From NCBI GenBank assembly GCA_050298595.1, contig JBNKUM010000103.1, positions 2,150 through 66,149 on the forward strand: DNA of 64,000 nt. The letters are read 5' to 3'. Every line of letters starts with the position of its first letter. The stretch's first letter is position 1. Positions 54,601-63,982 of the stretch are shown here, one piece after another. Under the pieces are notes generated by a model. The model saw only the letters and a list, made by a program, of their open reading frames with translations, searched no databases and was not told the origin of the DNA. This DNA comes from Gammaproteobacteria bacterium. GTDB lineage: Bacteria; Pseudomonadota; Gammaproteobacteria; GCA-001735895. The position numbers were made by a program, and so were the translations under genes.

Positions 54601-55121
54601 GATTTACTTAAAGCACCATCTGGATAGAAAGACTCGAACAGTATAGAGAACAATAAGGTGCCAGAGAGAATGCCGATGATAGAAATCGCCTGTACCAGTC
54701 CATTACCCTGTGCCAGATTTTCCTTACCGAATAGCGACTTGATATAACCGTATTTGGCCGGCGAATAAATCGCTGACTGTGCAGCGAGCAGAAAGGTCAT
54801 GCCAAATGCAGGCCAGAACCAGCCCAGTGAATAAAACACCGTGATGCCACAGGTCAAACCGACCGCCACCCAGGCAGCGCCTTTCATCACTGAACTCTTG
54901 GCATATTTATCAGACAGAAAACCCGCTGTACTGAACATCAGAATAAAAGGCAGCAGGATGAGCGCATTGACGGTCGCGGTCAGGAAGACCTGCTCACTAC
55001 CGTCGTATACCTTGAAGATGGTGTTCTGGATAACGATTTTGTGCCCGAGGTCAACGACCGTATTGAGAAACACGGCTGTGAGAAATGGGATAGCCCCAAT
55101 GATGTTAAACAGTTTTTTCAT
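51669..55121 (-). CDS. aas: Triple fusion: LplT-like MFS lysophospholipid transporter, PlsC-type acyltransferase and acyl-ACP synthetase (Aas)
   Basis: About 400 aa of MFS. HX4D acyltransferase motif (GNHISWLDW). AMP-binding motifs (LFSSGSEGLPKG, YGATET, GDKG...DR.KD-like). Confidence 0.85.
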   Translation of the reverse strand: MKKLFNIIGAIPFLTAVFLNTVVDLGHKIVIQNTIFKVYDGSEQVFLTATVNALILLPFILMFSTAGFLSDKYAKSSVMKGAAWVAVGLTCGITVFYSLGWFWPAFGMTFLLAAQSAIYSPAKYGYIKSLFGKENLAQGNGLVQAISIIGILSGTLLFSILFESFYPDGALSKSEILVTLIPVGYILIATSILELIMMYRLPQLEQTDHQQRFDMSEFAKGQMTKDNLRPVVKSHVIFQSIIGLSLFWSIGQVMLAAFPSFAKQQTGETNTVIIQIIMAVSGIGIALGSMIAARASRNYIETGLIPVAAAGIAAGLFFLPGLYDPLLMGLDFMFIGAMGGLLIVPLNSLIQFHAGSHQMGRVLAANNLIQNISMLLFLMVTVLFSLAEFESSQLLYLISLVALIGFGYSVYQLPQSLVRFILSYVMSARYRVRVEGMQNLPSTGGVLLLGNHISWLDWAIVQIACPRSVRFVMIRNIYERWYLNWFFKMFGCIPIESGIGSKKALEQMTQLLNDGEVVCLFPEGTISRNGQLSEFKHGYEKAALAANDDVVIVPFYLHGLWGSQFSRANPHFKNMRKTGQRRDLSVTFGEVLDRTTGAEILKRRVFDLSILAWQSFVSEQPSLADSWIEAIKRNPLKMALADTMGQPLSSYKLLTASIVFSRRISQLSPEQNIGLLLPTSSAGIITNMAGLLAGKTLVNLNYSASSQAFASALQQAGIRTVYTSQRFLDKLSKRGLDFSELLQSVEVVFLEDLKQSISKTEMFAVWLSSRVLPCWLLRALYSKNHDAEQTAAILFSSGSEGLPKGIQLSHHNIIANLKQVAEVLNAEGGDRVLASLPLFHAFGLTVTQFLPLIEGLPVICHADPTDSLGVAKAVAKYKATIMCATSTFLRLYTRDSKVKPLMMDSLRLVVSGAERLNPEVRDAFKLKFGKDIYEGYGATETAPVASVNLPDNIDRSNWKQLQGHKPGTVGLPLPGTSFKVVDPQTLEELETACDGLVLIAGPQVMQGYLDNAEKTAAAIHQVEGIRWYATGDKGHLDEDGYLTIVDRYSRFAKIGGEMISLGEVEQAVANSLDNDDAEVIAINLPDDKKGERVVLLTEQSIELKSLKQAMLEKGINPLLIPTEIITVDSLPRLGSGKTDYVQAKKMASGY

Positions 55122-55266
55122 GAGTGAGCCCTTTGTCCTGTTGATTGTCTATAGGGGCTGATAATGTGTCTATAATCCATTCCCCGCAACTTGAAAACGA
55201 AATATAGCAATAATCGGCACTTCAAGTATCATTTAATAATACTTCTCTACTGCTGGAGCAAAAAAC

Positions 55267-56001
55267 ATGGCTCAGATAGCGCTATTGATCGAAATCGTCA
55301 AGAAGCAACTTAAGGCTCAGGGCAAGACCTACTCCGATGTCGCTAGCGCTCTGGATTTGAGCGAAGCCTCGGTTAAGCGTCTGTTCGCTGAGCAAAATTT
55401 CACCCTGCAACGTCTTGAAGCTATCGGCGAATTGCTCGGTTACGACCTGACCGAGTTACTGCAACTGGTGGCAAACCAGCAGCGCCAGCTTACTCGACTG
55501 AGTGTTGAACAGGAGCAGGAGATAGCCTCAGATATTGCCTTGCTACTGATTACGGTATCGGTGATGAATGGATATAGCTTCAACGACCTTATAGATGAAT
55601 ACACCCTGACAGAAGCCGAATGCATACGCAAACTGGCCAAACTCGACCGCCTGAAGATTATCGAGCTATTACCCAACAACCGCATCAAACTACTGATCGC
55701 ACCCAATTTTAAATGGCTACCACGCGGACCTATTCAGCAATTTTTCCAGCAAAAGATTCAGCAGGATTTCTTCAAGTCCAGCTTCGATAAAGACAGTGAC
55801 TCCCTTTCGGTACTCAATGGCCTGTTAAGCCCGGCTTCCATACGTGAATTGCATCAACGCCTGCAGCGACTAACCAGTGAGTTCAATCAATTGATTCAGC
55901 ATGACAGAGAGCTGCCTATCAATGAAAAAACCGGTATTACGCTGGTGCTTGCGCAGCGCCAGTGGGCTTACAGCATCTTCGATCAATTTAATAAGAAGTA
56001 A
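55267..56001 (+). CDS. XRE-family HTH transcriptional regulator
   Basis: N-terminal HTH (GKTYSDVASALDLSEASVKRLFAEQNFTLQRLEAI). Confidence 0.7.
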   Translation: MAQIALLIEIVKKQLKAQGKTYSDVASALDLSEASVKRLFAEQNFTLQRLEAIGELLGYDLTELLQLVANQQRQLTRLSVEQEQEIASDIALLLITVSVMNGYSFNDLIDEYTLTEAECIRKLAKLDRLKIIELLPNNRIKLLIAPNFKWLPRGPIQQFFQQKIQQDFFKSSFDKDSDSLSVLNGLLSPASIRELHQRLQRLTSEFNQLIQHDRELPINEKTGITLVLAQRQWAYSIFDQFNKK

Positions 56002-56135
56002 AAAGTACCGCCATTCAATACCCGCTGTCTTAACAAACGCGACTTGTTGCGTTTAGCTTTAATCCCCTTCTGATTCGAACCAGACTCCTGACATACCTGC
56101 TATCTGCTGCAGGTTTTCACAATAGGAGATAAACC

Positions 56136-58181
56136 ATGAAAACACAGACTCAAAAAAACAAACTCGGCTGGATGTCATTACTGACAGTGCTAGCCCTGTT
56201 TTTTTCAGTAGGAAGTCAAGCCGCAGGATTACTCAAGCCGGCCAACAGCGGATTACCCGATCTACAGATCCGCGAACATCATGTCGATGTAGTGATCGAT
56301 AACGGTTACATCACAACCCAGATTGATCAAATATTCCATAATCCCAATGCACAACAGCTGGAAGCGATTTATTCATTTCCAGTCCCGGAGAAAGCGGCCG
56401 TGGGTGAATTCACCTACTGGATTGATGGTAAGCCGATCACTGCCGAAGTGGTCGAGAAGCAAAAGGCGAAACAGATCTATCAACAGGAAAAGCAGGCCGG
56501 GCGCGAAGCTGCACTGGTAGAAAAGGATGTCTATAAAACCTTCGATATCAGCGTGACTCCGGTATTGCCCAGCAGCGATGTTCATATTCGCCTGGTGTAT
56601 ATCCAGTCTGCTGATATCGATCACAGTATCGGCCGTTATGTTTATCCATTAGAAGAAGGTGGTGTGGACGAAGAGAAACTCAGCTTCTGGACACGCAATG
56701 AAGCGGTCACCGAAAAATTCAGCTTCAACATGAGACTTCGTTCGGGTTACCCACTGGATAGCATCCGCCTGCCTAAACACCCTCAGGCGGTGATCAACTC
56801 TAACGGTGATCAGGAATGGGAAGTATCTCTGGTCAATCAACAGCAACTGCAGGAAGAAGGTTCTGTGAGCAATGGCACTACTGTAGCCACGCTGGATCAG
56901 GACATAGTCGTTTACTGGCGCCTGAAAGAAAACCTGCCCGGCACGCTGGATATGGTGAGTTATCGTGAAGAAGGTCAATCACAGGGTACCTTCATGCTCA
57001 CGCTAACCCCCGGCGACGATCTACCGGTGATGACACAGGGTGGAGACTGGATATTTGTACTTGATGTGTCAGGTTCGATGTCGGGTAAATATGCAACCCT
57101 CGCTCAGGGCGTGCGTCAGGCGGTACAGAAATTACGTCCACAGGATCGCTTCCGCATTGTCGTTTTCAACGAGTCAGCTTCAGATATCAGCAATGGTTTT
57201 CAGTTTGCCTCACCGGAAAACATCAAGCACATGCTAAGCACCATGGAAAACTATAAACCCGGTGGTGGCACCAACCTGTATTCAGGATTAGAAAAGGCGA
57301 TGACAAAACTTGATGCCGACCGCTCTGCTTCTATCATCCTGGTCACCGATGGCGTTGCCAATGTCGGCGTTACCGAAAAAAAGGCCTTTATCAAACTACT
57401 GAAAAAGAATGATATCCGCCTGTTCACCTTTATCATGGGCAATAGCGCGAACCGTCCTATGCTTGAGGAGATGACCGATGTTTCGCAGGGCTTTGCGGTT
57501 TCTGTTTCCAATGCAGATGACATTGTCGGCAAGATCATGCAGGCCAGCAGCAAGATGACTCATATGGCGCTGCACGATGTGAAGCTGGATATCGATGGCG
57601 TATCGGTTAAACAAATCACCCCGGAACACATCGGCAGCCTGTATCGCGGCCAGCAACTGGTGCTATTCGGTCATTATTTTAAAGCCGGTACAGCAACGGT
57701 TACCTTAAGCGGCAAGGTCGGTAGTGAAAAACGGATTTACAGCACGCAGGTGAATTTTCCCGATACCGCCGTTGATCACCCTGAACTGGAACGTCTATGG
57801 GCCTATGGCTTTATCGAACACCTACAATCGCAGCTAGACTATTTCGGTGCTGACGCAGATATCGAACAGGCGATTACCGATGTTGCTATCCAGTACGGCC
57901 TGGTGACTGACTATACCTCTATGCTGGTAGTGAGAGATGAAGTGTTTCAGCAATTGAATATCCAGCGTAGCAATAAACAGCGAGTAGAAAAGGAACAGCA
58001 GGCACGTCAGGCCCGAGCACAGCAGCCGCTTACCAGCAAGCGTGTCGATAGTCAGCAACCGATGTTTACTAAACCGAGATCGAGCCTGGGTGGAGGAAGT
58101 GGAGCGATGGATATGTGGCTGATGACAGCACTACTGCTGTTACTGGCTACGGGATATATTAGGCGCCGTAACCTGAATTGA
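56136..58181 (+). CDS. VIT plus von Willebrand factor A domain surface protein with a GlyGly-CTERM-like tail
   Basis: Signal peptide. VIT-like N-terminus. vWA MIDAS (IFVLDVSGSMSG). The tail is SSLGGGSGAMDMWLMTALLLLLATGYIRRRN. Confidence 0.85.
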   Translation: MKTQTQKNKLGWMSLLTVLALFFSVGSQAAGLLKPANSGLPDLQIREHHVDVVIDNGYITTQIDQIFHNPNAQQLEAIYSFPVPEKAAVGEFTYWIDGKPITAEVVEKQKAKQIYQQEKQAGREAALVEKDVYKTFDISVTPVLPSSDVHIRLVYIQSADIDHSIGRYVYPLEEGGVDEEKLSFWTRNEAVTEKFSFNMRLRSGYPLDSIRLPKHPQAVINSNGDQEWEVSLVNQQQLQEEGSVSNGTTVATLDQDIVVYWRLKENLPGTLDMVSYREEGQSQGTFMLTLTPGDDLPVMTQGGDWIFVLDVSGSMSGKYATLAQGVRQAVQKLRPQDRFRIVVFNESASDISNGFQFASPENIKHMLSTMENYKPGGGTNLYSGLEKAMTKLDADRSASIILVTDGVANVGVTEKKAFIKLLKKNDIRLFTFIMGNSANRPMLEEMTDVSQGFAVSVSNADDIVGKIMQASSKMTHMALHDVKLDIDGVSVKQITPEHIGSLYRGQQLVLFGHYFKAGTATVTLSGKVGSEKRIYSTQVNFPDTAVDHPELERLWAYGFIEHLQSQLDYFGADADIEQAITDVAIQYGLVTDYTSMLVVRDEVFQQLNIQRSNKQRVEKEQQARQARAQQPLTSKRVDSQQPMFTKPRSSLGGGSGAMDMWLMTALLLLLATGYIRRRNLN

Positions 58182-58191
58182 ACCTTAGATC

Positions 58192-58227
58192 GACATCGGG
58201 ATAACCAGCAATGGTTTTCCCGATGTC
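58192..58227. terminator. Hairpin between the convergent vWA and fabF genes
   Basis: GACATCGGGA-(16 nt)-TCCCGATGTC, a perfect 10-bp stem. No clear U tract. Confidence 0.45.
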
Positions 58228-58270
58228 ATACAGCATTTATTCAAATATTGCGCCGAAATAATTTAATACA

Positions 58271-59536
58271 TTAAATCTTGCTGAAAATCAGCGCCGCATT
58301 AACACCACCAAAGCCAAAACCATTACACAGAGCATGTTTTACAGTTTTTGATCTAGCTGTATTAGGCACAAAATCAAGACCCTGCATCGACTCATCAACG
58401 TTATCCAGATTGATGGTTGGCGGCAGCAGATCATTCATCACTGCCATAGCTGAAAATATAGATTCAATACCACCCGCAGCACCCAGAAGATGCCCGGTGG
58501 CTGACTTTGTTGAAGAAACGGGTACGTTAGGTAAGTTATCTCCAAATATACTGCGTAATGATGCAATTTCTGCCGCGTCACCAACTGGTGTTGATGTGGC
58601 ATGAGCATTTACATAATCGATTTCATCGGCGTTAAGACCTGCCATTTTTAAAGCGGCTCTCACTGCGGCTGCAGCACCCGAGCCATCTTCCAGACCAGAG
58701 GTTATATGATAGGCATCGGCACTGGTTCCGTATCCACTAATAACAGCAAGCGGTGTAGCACCACGTTTTTGTGCATGTTCCAGAGTTTCAATCACCATCA
58801 GACCAGAGCCTTCGCCCATAACGAAGCCATTGCGATCTTTATCAAATGGACGCGATGCTTTAGTTGGCTCTTCACTTTCTGCAGATAATGCCTTCAGGGC
58901 ATTAAAGCTGGCCAGAGATAAAGGCGTTACACAGGCTTCTGTACCACCCACCAGAGCAATCTCTGCTTCGCCATTACGAATGATACGCATACCGTCACCA
59001 ATAGCCTGCAGACTCGCAGCACAGGCCGTAACCGGACAGGATAAAGGCCCCTTAAAGCCATACTTGATAGAAAGGTTACCCGCGGCCATGTTGGCCAGGA
59101 AAGCTGGCGCAGTAAAGGGTGAAATTCTTTTATAACCGCGAGTTTCCAACGTTTTCTGGGCATCGGTAATGGTATTAAAGCCGCCGATACCGGTAGCGAT
59201 AATAGTCGCAGTAGCCAGTTGGTCCTCGTAAGACTCGGGAAACCAGTTTGCCTGCTCAAGCGCTTCTTTGGCCGCAGCCAATGCATACACAGTAAAAAGG
59301 TCTAATTTTTTACGTTCTTTAGGTTCTATAACCTGATCGATATCGAAACCGGCCTCAGTATCTTCTTCAATGCTCGGCACTAGACCTGCAATTTTGATCG
59401 GTTCTTCGGTCGTATCGAAACGATCAATTTGACGAATTCCCGACTGACCCGCAGTTAAACGCTGCCATACCGGTTTGACACCAGTCCCCAGAGGGCAAAT
59501 CATACCCATTCCGGTAATAACGATTGGTGAGTTCAT
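58271..59536 (-). CDS. fabF: 3-oxoacyl-ACP synthase II
   Basis: KAS II motifs: active-site Cys region SCPVTACAAS, the HATSTP and GHLLGAAG His motifs, and C-terminal NGFGFGGVNA. The ATG at 59536 follows GGAGA; the track start at 59584 adds 16 unlikely residues. Confidence 0.9.
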   Translation of the reverse strand: MNSPIVITGMGMICPLGTGVKPVWQRLTAGQSGIRQIDRFDTTEEPIKIAGLVPSIEEDTEAGFDIDQVIEPKERKKLDLFTVYALAAAKEALEQANWFPESYEDQLATATIIATGIGGFNTITDAQKTLETRGYKRISPFTAPAFLANMAAGNLSIKYGFKGPLSCPVTACAASLQAIGDGMRIIRNGEAEIALVGGTEACVTPLSLASFNALKALSAESEEPTKASRPFDKDRNGFVMGEGSGLMVIETLEHAQKRGATPLAVISGYGTSADAYHITSGLEDGSGAAAAVRAALKMAGLNADEIDYVNAHATSTPVGDAAEIASLRSIFGDNLPNVPVSSTKSATGHLLGAAGGIESIFSAMAVMNDLLPPTINLDNVDESMQGLDFVPNTARSKTVKHALCNGFGFGGVNAALIFSKI

Positions 59537-59634
59537 TGGTTCTCCACTAGCTTCAAGTAAACAAGCTAAACTATCATCTGACATGATATGATCAAGATAA
59601 TATCCTGCTTAAATAATGATACATAAGGTGAAAC

Positions 59635-60285
59635 ATGCCCTACCCAAAAGAACATAAAGCAAAATCAAAAGATCTCATTCTCAATTCGGCGGTTGAATTA
59701 TTTTCTCGTTACGGCTTCGATAAGGTTTCTATCGGTCAAATCATGCAGTCTGCAAAAATGACCCACGGGGCTTTCTATGCACATTTTGAATCAAAGGAAG
59801 CGCTGTACCGCGCTTCATTCTTTGAAACCCTGAAAAATAGCCGAGCTGCCCGACTGGTCAAAGGCCCATTATCCATCAAACACCTGACCAAACTGGTCAC
59901 TAACTACTGGAACCTGAGCGAACTGGAGCAAAAAAGCAAACCTGGCCTGGAAACCATACTGTTTAATGAAATCGGCAATCAAAACACCAATATCAAACAA
60001 CTCTTCGAAGAGTCTTACGACAAGCTGAAAAAAATGATCGAAACCCGTATTTCTGCCTTGATCAAGCTCAAACAGTTACCACTGGAATCCGACCGCGAAC
60101 TGATAGCCGATAAAGCACGCACCATCCTGGTATCTATGGTTGGTGCCGTCGCTATTGCCAAGAACATGTCGCGTGAAGAAGAACGCTGCAAAATATTAGA
60201 ATCCACACAAAAGCAAATCCTGTTGATGCTGGGCGTCAAGGATAGCGAGCTCGTGAATGGCTGGATGGATGACAAACGACTTTAG
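59635..60285 (+). CDS. TetR/AcrR-family transcriptional regulator
   Basis: N-terminal HTH (ILNSAVELFSRYGFDKVSIGQIMQSAKMTHGAFYAHFESKEALY). Divergent from fabF. Confidence 0.85.
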   Translation: MPYPKEHKAKSKDLILNSAVELFSRYGFDKVSIGQIMQSAKMTHGAFYAHFESKEALYRASFFETLKNSRAARLVKGPLSIKHLTKLVTNYWNLSELEQKSKPGLETILFNEIGNQNTNIKQLFEESYDKLKKMIETRISALIKLKQLPLESDRELIADKARTILVSMVGAVAIAKNMSREEERCKILESTQKQILLMLGVKDSELVNGWMDDKRL

Positions 60286-60698
60286 AATCACTCTATTCAG
60301 AAAGCCATCAAAACTAATATCAGGCCTAAGTTTAGCTCTCTTAAACAGGTTAGAAGTTCCCCTTCTGTTACAGAATCTTTCACCAAAACCTGATTTAGCT
60401 ACTGAATAATTGCCTGTTTTTGAACATGCCACAATTACTCAGCGTGGTCATTAGATGAATATCAGCAAAATCACAGAAAACCGCGACCAAAGCAATCTCC
60501 TGCTCAGCCTTAGCCTGCTGGTAGGAGTGGCACTTATTTGCTTTTTCTTTAATATGGGTCATTTCCGCTATTTGATATCAATGAACCTTAAAAAATCAGT
60601 CGAACTTGCCTGGCATCAAAACTAGCATTGGATTTTCTTGGTGTTGAGCTGTTATGAACTTATGTCGGAGTTTATAGAATCGTTTGGTTTTAGCCCCA

Positions 60699-60983
60699 TT
60701 AATTCCTGCGTTCGTTAGCAATGAAATACAGATTACGTGCATATATGAATACACCAGTCAATTGTCCGAGAATAAATACGGGATCCTGGCGATAGATGGC
60801 ATACGACAACAGAACTACGCCACCAGCTATGCTGAAATACCAGAAAGCTACTGGGATCACGCTGCGCTTCTGCTTTTCGCTAGACAACCACTGGATGAGG
60901 AAACGCGCCGAAAACAGCGCCTGCCCGGTAAAGCCTACAATCAGCCAGATTACCTCGGATGTACTTAATTCACTCCAGTTCAT
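60699..60983 (-). CDS. Lipid-A-biosynthesis N-terminal (LAB_N) domain membrane protein
   Basis: From the ATG at 60983: MNWSELSTSEVIWLIVGFTGQALFSARFLIQWLSSEKQKRSVIP.AFWYFSIAGG..LL.YAIYR.DPVFILGQ, the typical LAB_N pattern. Confidence 0.7.
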   Translation of the reverse strand: MNWSELSTSEVIWLIVGFTGQALFSARFLIQWLSSEKQKRSVIPVAFWYFSIAGGVVLLSYAIYRQDPVFILGQLTGVFIYARNLYFIANERRN

Positions 60984-61695
60984 TTTCAACCTCTGCGTCA
61001 CAGGGACGACTTTGTAACCAGCGAACGCCAAATATATCAACAATGCCCACCCATAAGCGATTTCCTACACCATACTTGGATTGACCGAGCATACGTGGTC
61101 GATGATTCACAGGTAAGTTCACGATGCGTGAGCCAGCACGTTTGAATAGTGCGGGTAAAAAACGATGTAAATGATTAAAGTGAGGTAATCGTAGGAAAAC
61201 GTCTCGTGGGAATAACTTCAGACCGCAGCCGGTATCAGAGCAATCATCCTGCAACAGGCCCCGACGAACAGAATTTGCGATACGCGATGATAGTTTGCGT
61301 ATCCAGGTGTCCTGTCGCTTGTTTCGGTTTCCGGCTATCAGGAGAGGCCTGTCTTCGCTAAATTGACGCTTGTATTCTGCAAGCAATGCTGGGATATCAG
61401 CGGGGTCGTTCTGTCCATCACCATCCAGGGTTGCTATCAAGTCACCTTGTGCAGCGCGTACGCCCGAAAGTATTGCTGCACTTTGCCCGTAGTTTCCGCG
61501 ATGTCTTACTATGCGTAGTATAGGTAAATCGGTACGTAATTCCTGCATACGCTCACGAGTACCATCTTTACTACCATCATCTACTGCCACAATTTCAAAT
61601 TCTACCTGCCCGTTTACAGCATTGTGAACTTCCTGTAATAAAGGACCGACATTCTCTACTTCGTTGTAAAAAGGAATCACGACCGAGAGTTCCAT
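60970..61695 (-). CDS. Family-2 glycosyltransferase, polyprenyl-phosphate sugar synthase type (ArnC/DPM1-like)
   Basis: The ATG at 61695 follows GGAGG. MELSVVIPFYNE..., VDDGSKDGT and a DGDGQNDP (DXD) motif. Confidence 0.85.
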   Translation of the reverse strand: MELSVVIPFYNEVENVGPLLQEVHNAVNGQVEFEIVAVDDGSKDGTRERMQELRTDLPILRIVRHRGNYGQSAAILSGVRAAQGDLIATLDGDGQNDPADIPALLAEYKRQFSEDRPLLIAGNRNKRQDTWIRKLSSRIANSVRRGLLQDDCSDTGCGLKLFPRDVFLRLPHFNHLHRFLPALFKRAGSRIVNLPVNHRPRMLGQSKYGVGNRLWVGIVDIFGVRWLQSRPCDAEVENELE

Positions 61696-61779
61696 TTTAC
61701 CTCCAGTTAAAAAAAATATTAAAAAATTGCCACCTTGCAGCGTGAAAATACAGCACACTTTTCTGGCAGCTATGAAAGT

Positions 61780-62454
61780 TTACCTATCGTTGCCAGCTCT
61801 GGTCTGTTCGCATATTTCAAGACGAGGAAAAAGCCAATATCTGACAACCAAAAGCGTAGTCAATCCTCCAATAAACGCACCACCGGTAACATCGACCGGA
61901 TAGTGTGCGGATAGAGCTATCCTTGTCAACCCAATCAAAACTGCGAAAGCCAATATGATAATTCGTAAATATAGGTTTGGAAGCAGCATCGCAACAAATA
62001 TTGCACTAGTAAAAAGGTCAGCGGTATGTCCGGATGGGAAAGAGTTGAATGAGCTCTCCAAACTCGGTCCGTTCCAGCTGTTGATCAATGCGGGGTCCTG
62101 TATATTTGGTCGCGCATGCCCGGTCATTATTTTAAGGATACGAACTATGAGCGCGGCTCCAGCCAATTGCGCTATAAAGTATGCCCAACCAAGTAAGCGT
62201 AAGTATTTATCTCGACGAATCCAGCCGACAATGAGCACAGCTATAAACAGGATATAGAAAGGGTACATACTGTATCTGGTCAAGGTTTCGATAGCTCCAT
62301 GTTGTTCGATTATCCAGGCTGAGCGAGTTATTGCTTCAACAATCTCAACGTTGCCAAATAATATTGTCAAAATAGCACCAAGCGTGACCAGGCTCAGCCA
62401 CAACCAGGTAATTACCCCGAGTCTTGTCTTGAGGTTAACAACCTGATAGAACAT
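61780..62454 (-). CDS. PAP2-family membrane phosphatase
   Basis: PAP2 motifs: KxxxxxxRP-like (KIMTGHARP), PSGH (FPSGHTA) and SRxxxxxHxxxD-like (SAHYPVDV). The ATG at 62454 follows AAGGA. Confidence 0.75.
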   Translation of the reverse strand: MFYQVVNLKTRLGVITWLWLSLVTLGAILTILFGNVEIVEAITRSAWIIEQHGAIETLTRYSMYPFYILFIAVLIVGWIRRDKYLRLLGWAYFIAQLAGAALIVRILKIMTGHARPNIQDPALINSWNGPSLESSFNSFPSGHTADLFTSAIFVAMLLPNLYLRIIILAFAVLIGLTRIALSAHYPVDVTGGAFIGGLTTLLVVRYWLFPRLEICEQTRAGNDR

Positions 62455-63982
62455 GATATTCCTTAAGTTCAATAGAAAAGATTTGATGAATTTTACACGA
62501 GGAAGGTATTCCCTTTTCTCCAAATACGGCACTGATTTCGTCTGTCTGTATGATCAGGATCGAATCGTTGCGTGCCTGCCACCAGTCCAGGGTTTCTCCC
62601 GTCTCCAATTCCTGCATAGTTCGACCTGAATAATAATTCAGAATTCCACGGGTAGTTTTTACCACGCCAATTTCAAGTTGATCAGGCTGGGCCGCAATAA
62701 ATTCTCCCAGGGACCTAGCCGAAAAAAGTGGGTTTAGCATATATAAAACTGCTCCAAATACTAACCAGGACAAAACCACAGAAAACCCCATCCAACTGAA
62801 CATCCAGTTACGGGTATTAGCCCAGAAAAGAGCTACTCCCAAAGCAGTCAGTAAAACAAGGCCAGCTACAGTAATAGAGGCTAGTTTGAAATCGACAGGA
62901 TAGTTTAGTGACACCCAGAATATCGCTGCTGCAAAAATCAATGATACTAGCACGGAAGGCCACGACAGCCAGCGTGATACGGTATTGTGGTTTTCACTTT
63001 GTGCTGCTGCTAACCCTGCGACTACAGCCAGTGCGGGTATCAGGGGTTCCATGTAAATAAATAACTTCCCAGATACTAGCGAAATACCGATCAGGGGTAC
63101 CAGGCTGAAGCTGAGCAGGAGTCTCCATTTCTCATTGCTCTGCTTCCTGACGGAATGAAATCCCTGTGCCACCAGAGCAGTCCAGGGATGCAGCAAGATA
63201 GGCGTTAGCATCAGATAAAAATAAAATGGTTCTTTGTGGCTCCAGGAATTGATGGCTCGTCCAACGAGTTGCTGGTGCCAGATAGTCTTAAGGTATTGTT
63301 CCTGACCCTGCATCACAACCATAAGAATCCACAGCGCAACCATCGCCACCAATATTGAAATACCGGTTGCTAGCCTTAATGAAAGGAAGCCGCGCCAGCC
63401 GTCGCTCCATAGGCTCCAGGTTATTGCGGGAATAACTGTAAACAGCAGTGCTATAGGACCCTTGACTGCAACCGCCAGAGCACAAATACACCAGAACCAG
63501 ATCAGATCCGTTATTTTTTTATTTTCTTTAAAGCGCAACAGCGCACTTAGGGAGAATACAGTTAGTGCGGTTAATAGCATATCCATGCGGTTAATCTGGC
63601 CGACAACCTGAGTCAAAAAGCATGTGGAGAAGATTGCTGTAGCCCAGAATGCTTCGCGAACTCCGAACAGACTACGTCCAAGTCTGTATACACCGATAGT
63701 CGCTATCAATGTAGACAGCAAAGAAACCAGACGAAAGGCTAGCTCTCCAGGGCCAAGTAAGGCACTGAAAGCCGCAACTATCCAGAAATACATGGGTGGT
63801 TTGTCAGGGTAAGGATGGGCGTTCAGATGTGGGACCAACCAGTCCCCAGTTGCCATCATCTCACGAAGAACTTCGCCATAACGTGCTTCATCCTGTACCC
63901 ATAGATCACGGGGTATTAGCAAGTTCAAACAAAACACACCAATAAAAAGGATTATCAAAATACTGACATGGTTAAGTTGCAA
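62435..63982 (-). CDS. ArnT/PMT-family (GT39/GT83-like) polyprenyl-phosphate-sugar-dependent glycosyltransferase; the N-terminus may extend past the right window edge
   Basis: Polytopic. DEARYGEVLREMMATGDWLVPHLNAHPYPDKPPMYFW is the conserved ArnT-family first-loop motif. The track start is a TTG at 63982 and the frame remains open to 64000. Confidence 0.8.
   Translation of the reverse strand: MQLNHVSILIILFIGVFCLNLLIPRDLWVQDEARYGEVLREMMATGDWLVPHLNAHPYPDKPPMYFWIVAAFSALLGPGELAFRLVSLLSTLIATIGVYRLGRSLFGVREAFWATAIFSTCFLTQVVGQINRMDMLLTALTVFSLSALLRFKENKKITDLIWFWCICALAVAVKGPIALLFTVIPAITWSLWSDGWRGFLSLRLATGISILVAMVALWILMVVMQGQEQYLKTIWHQQLVGRAINSWSHKEPFYFYLMLTPILLHPWTALVAQGFHSVRKQSNEKWRLLLSFSLVPLIGISLVSGKLFIYMEPLIPALAVVAGLAAAQSENHNTVSRWLSWPSVLVSLIFAAAIFWVSLNYPVDFKLASITVAGLVLLTALGVALFWANTRNWMFSWMGFSVVLSWLVFGAVLYMLNPLFSARSLGEFIAAQPDQLEIGVVKTTRGILNYYSGRTMQELETGETLDWWQARNDSILIIQTDEISAVFGEKGIPSSCKIHQIFSIELKEYHVLSGC

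Noticed and set aside
60455-60625. Possible 56-aa small membrane ORF (MNISKITENRDQSNLLLSLSLLVGVALICFFFNMGHF...)
   Set aside because: It falls below the track threshold and I saw no convincing RBS or motif. It is left unannotated but could be checked by ribosome profiling.
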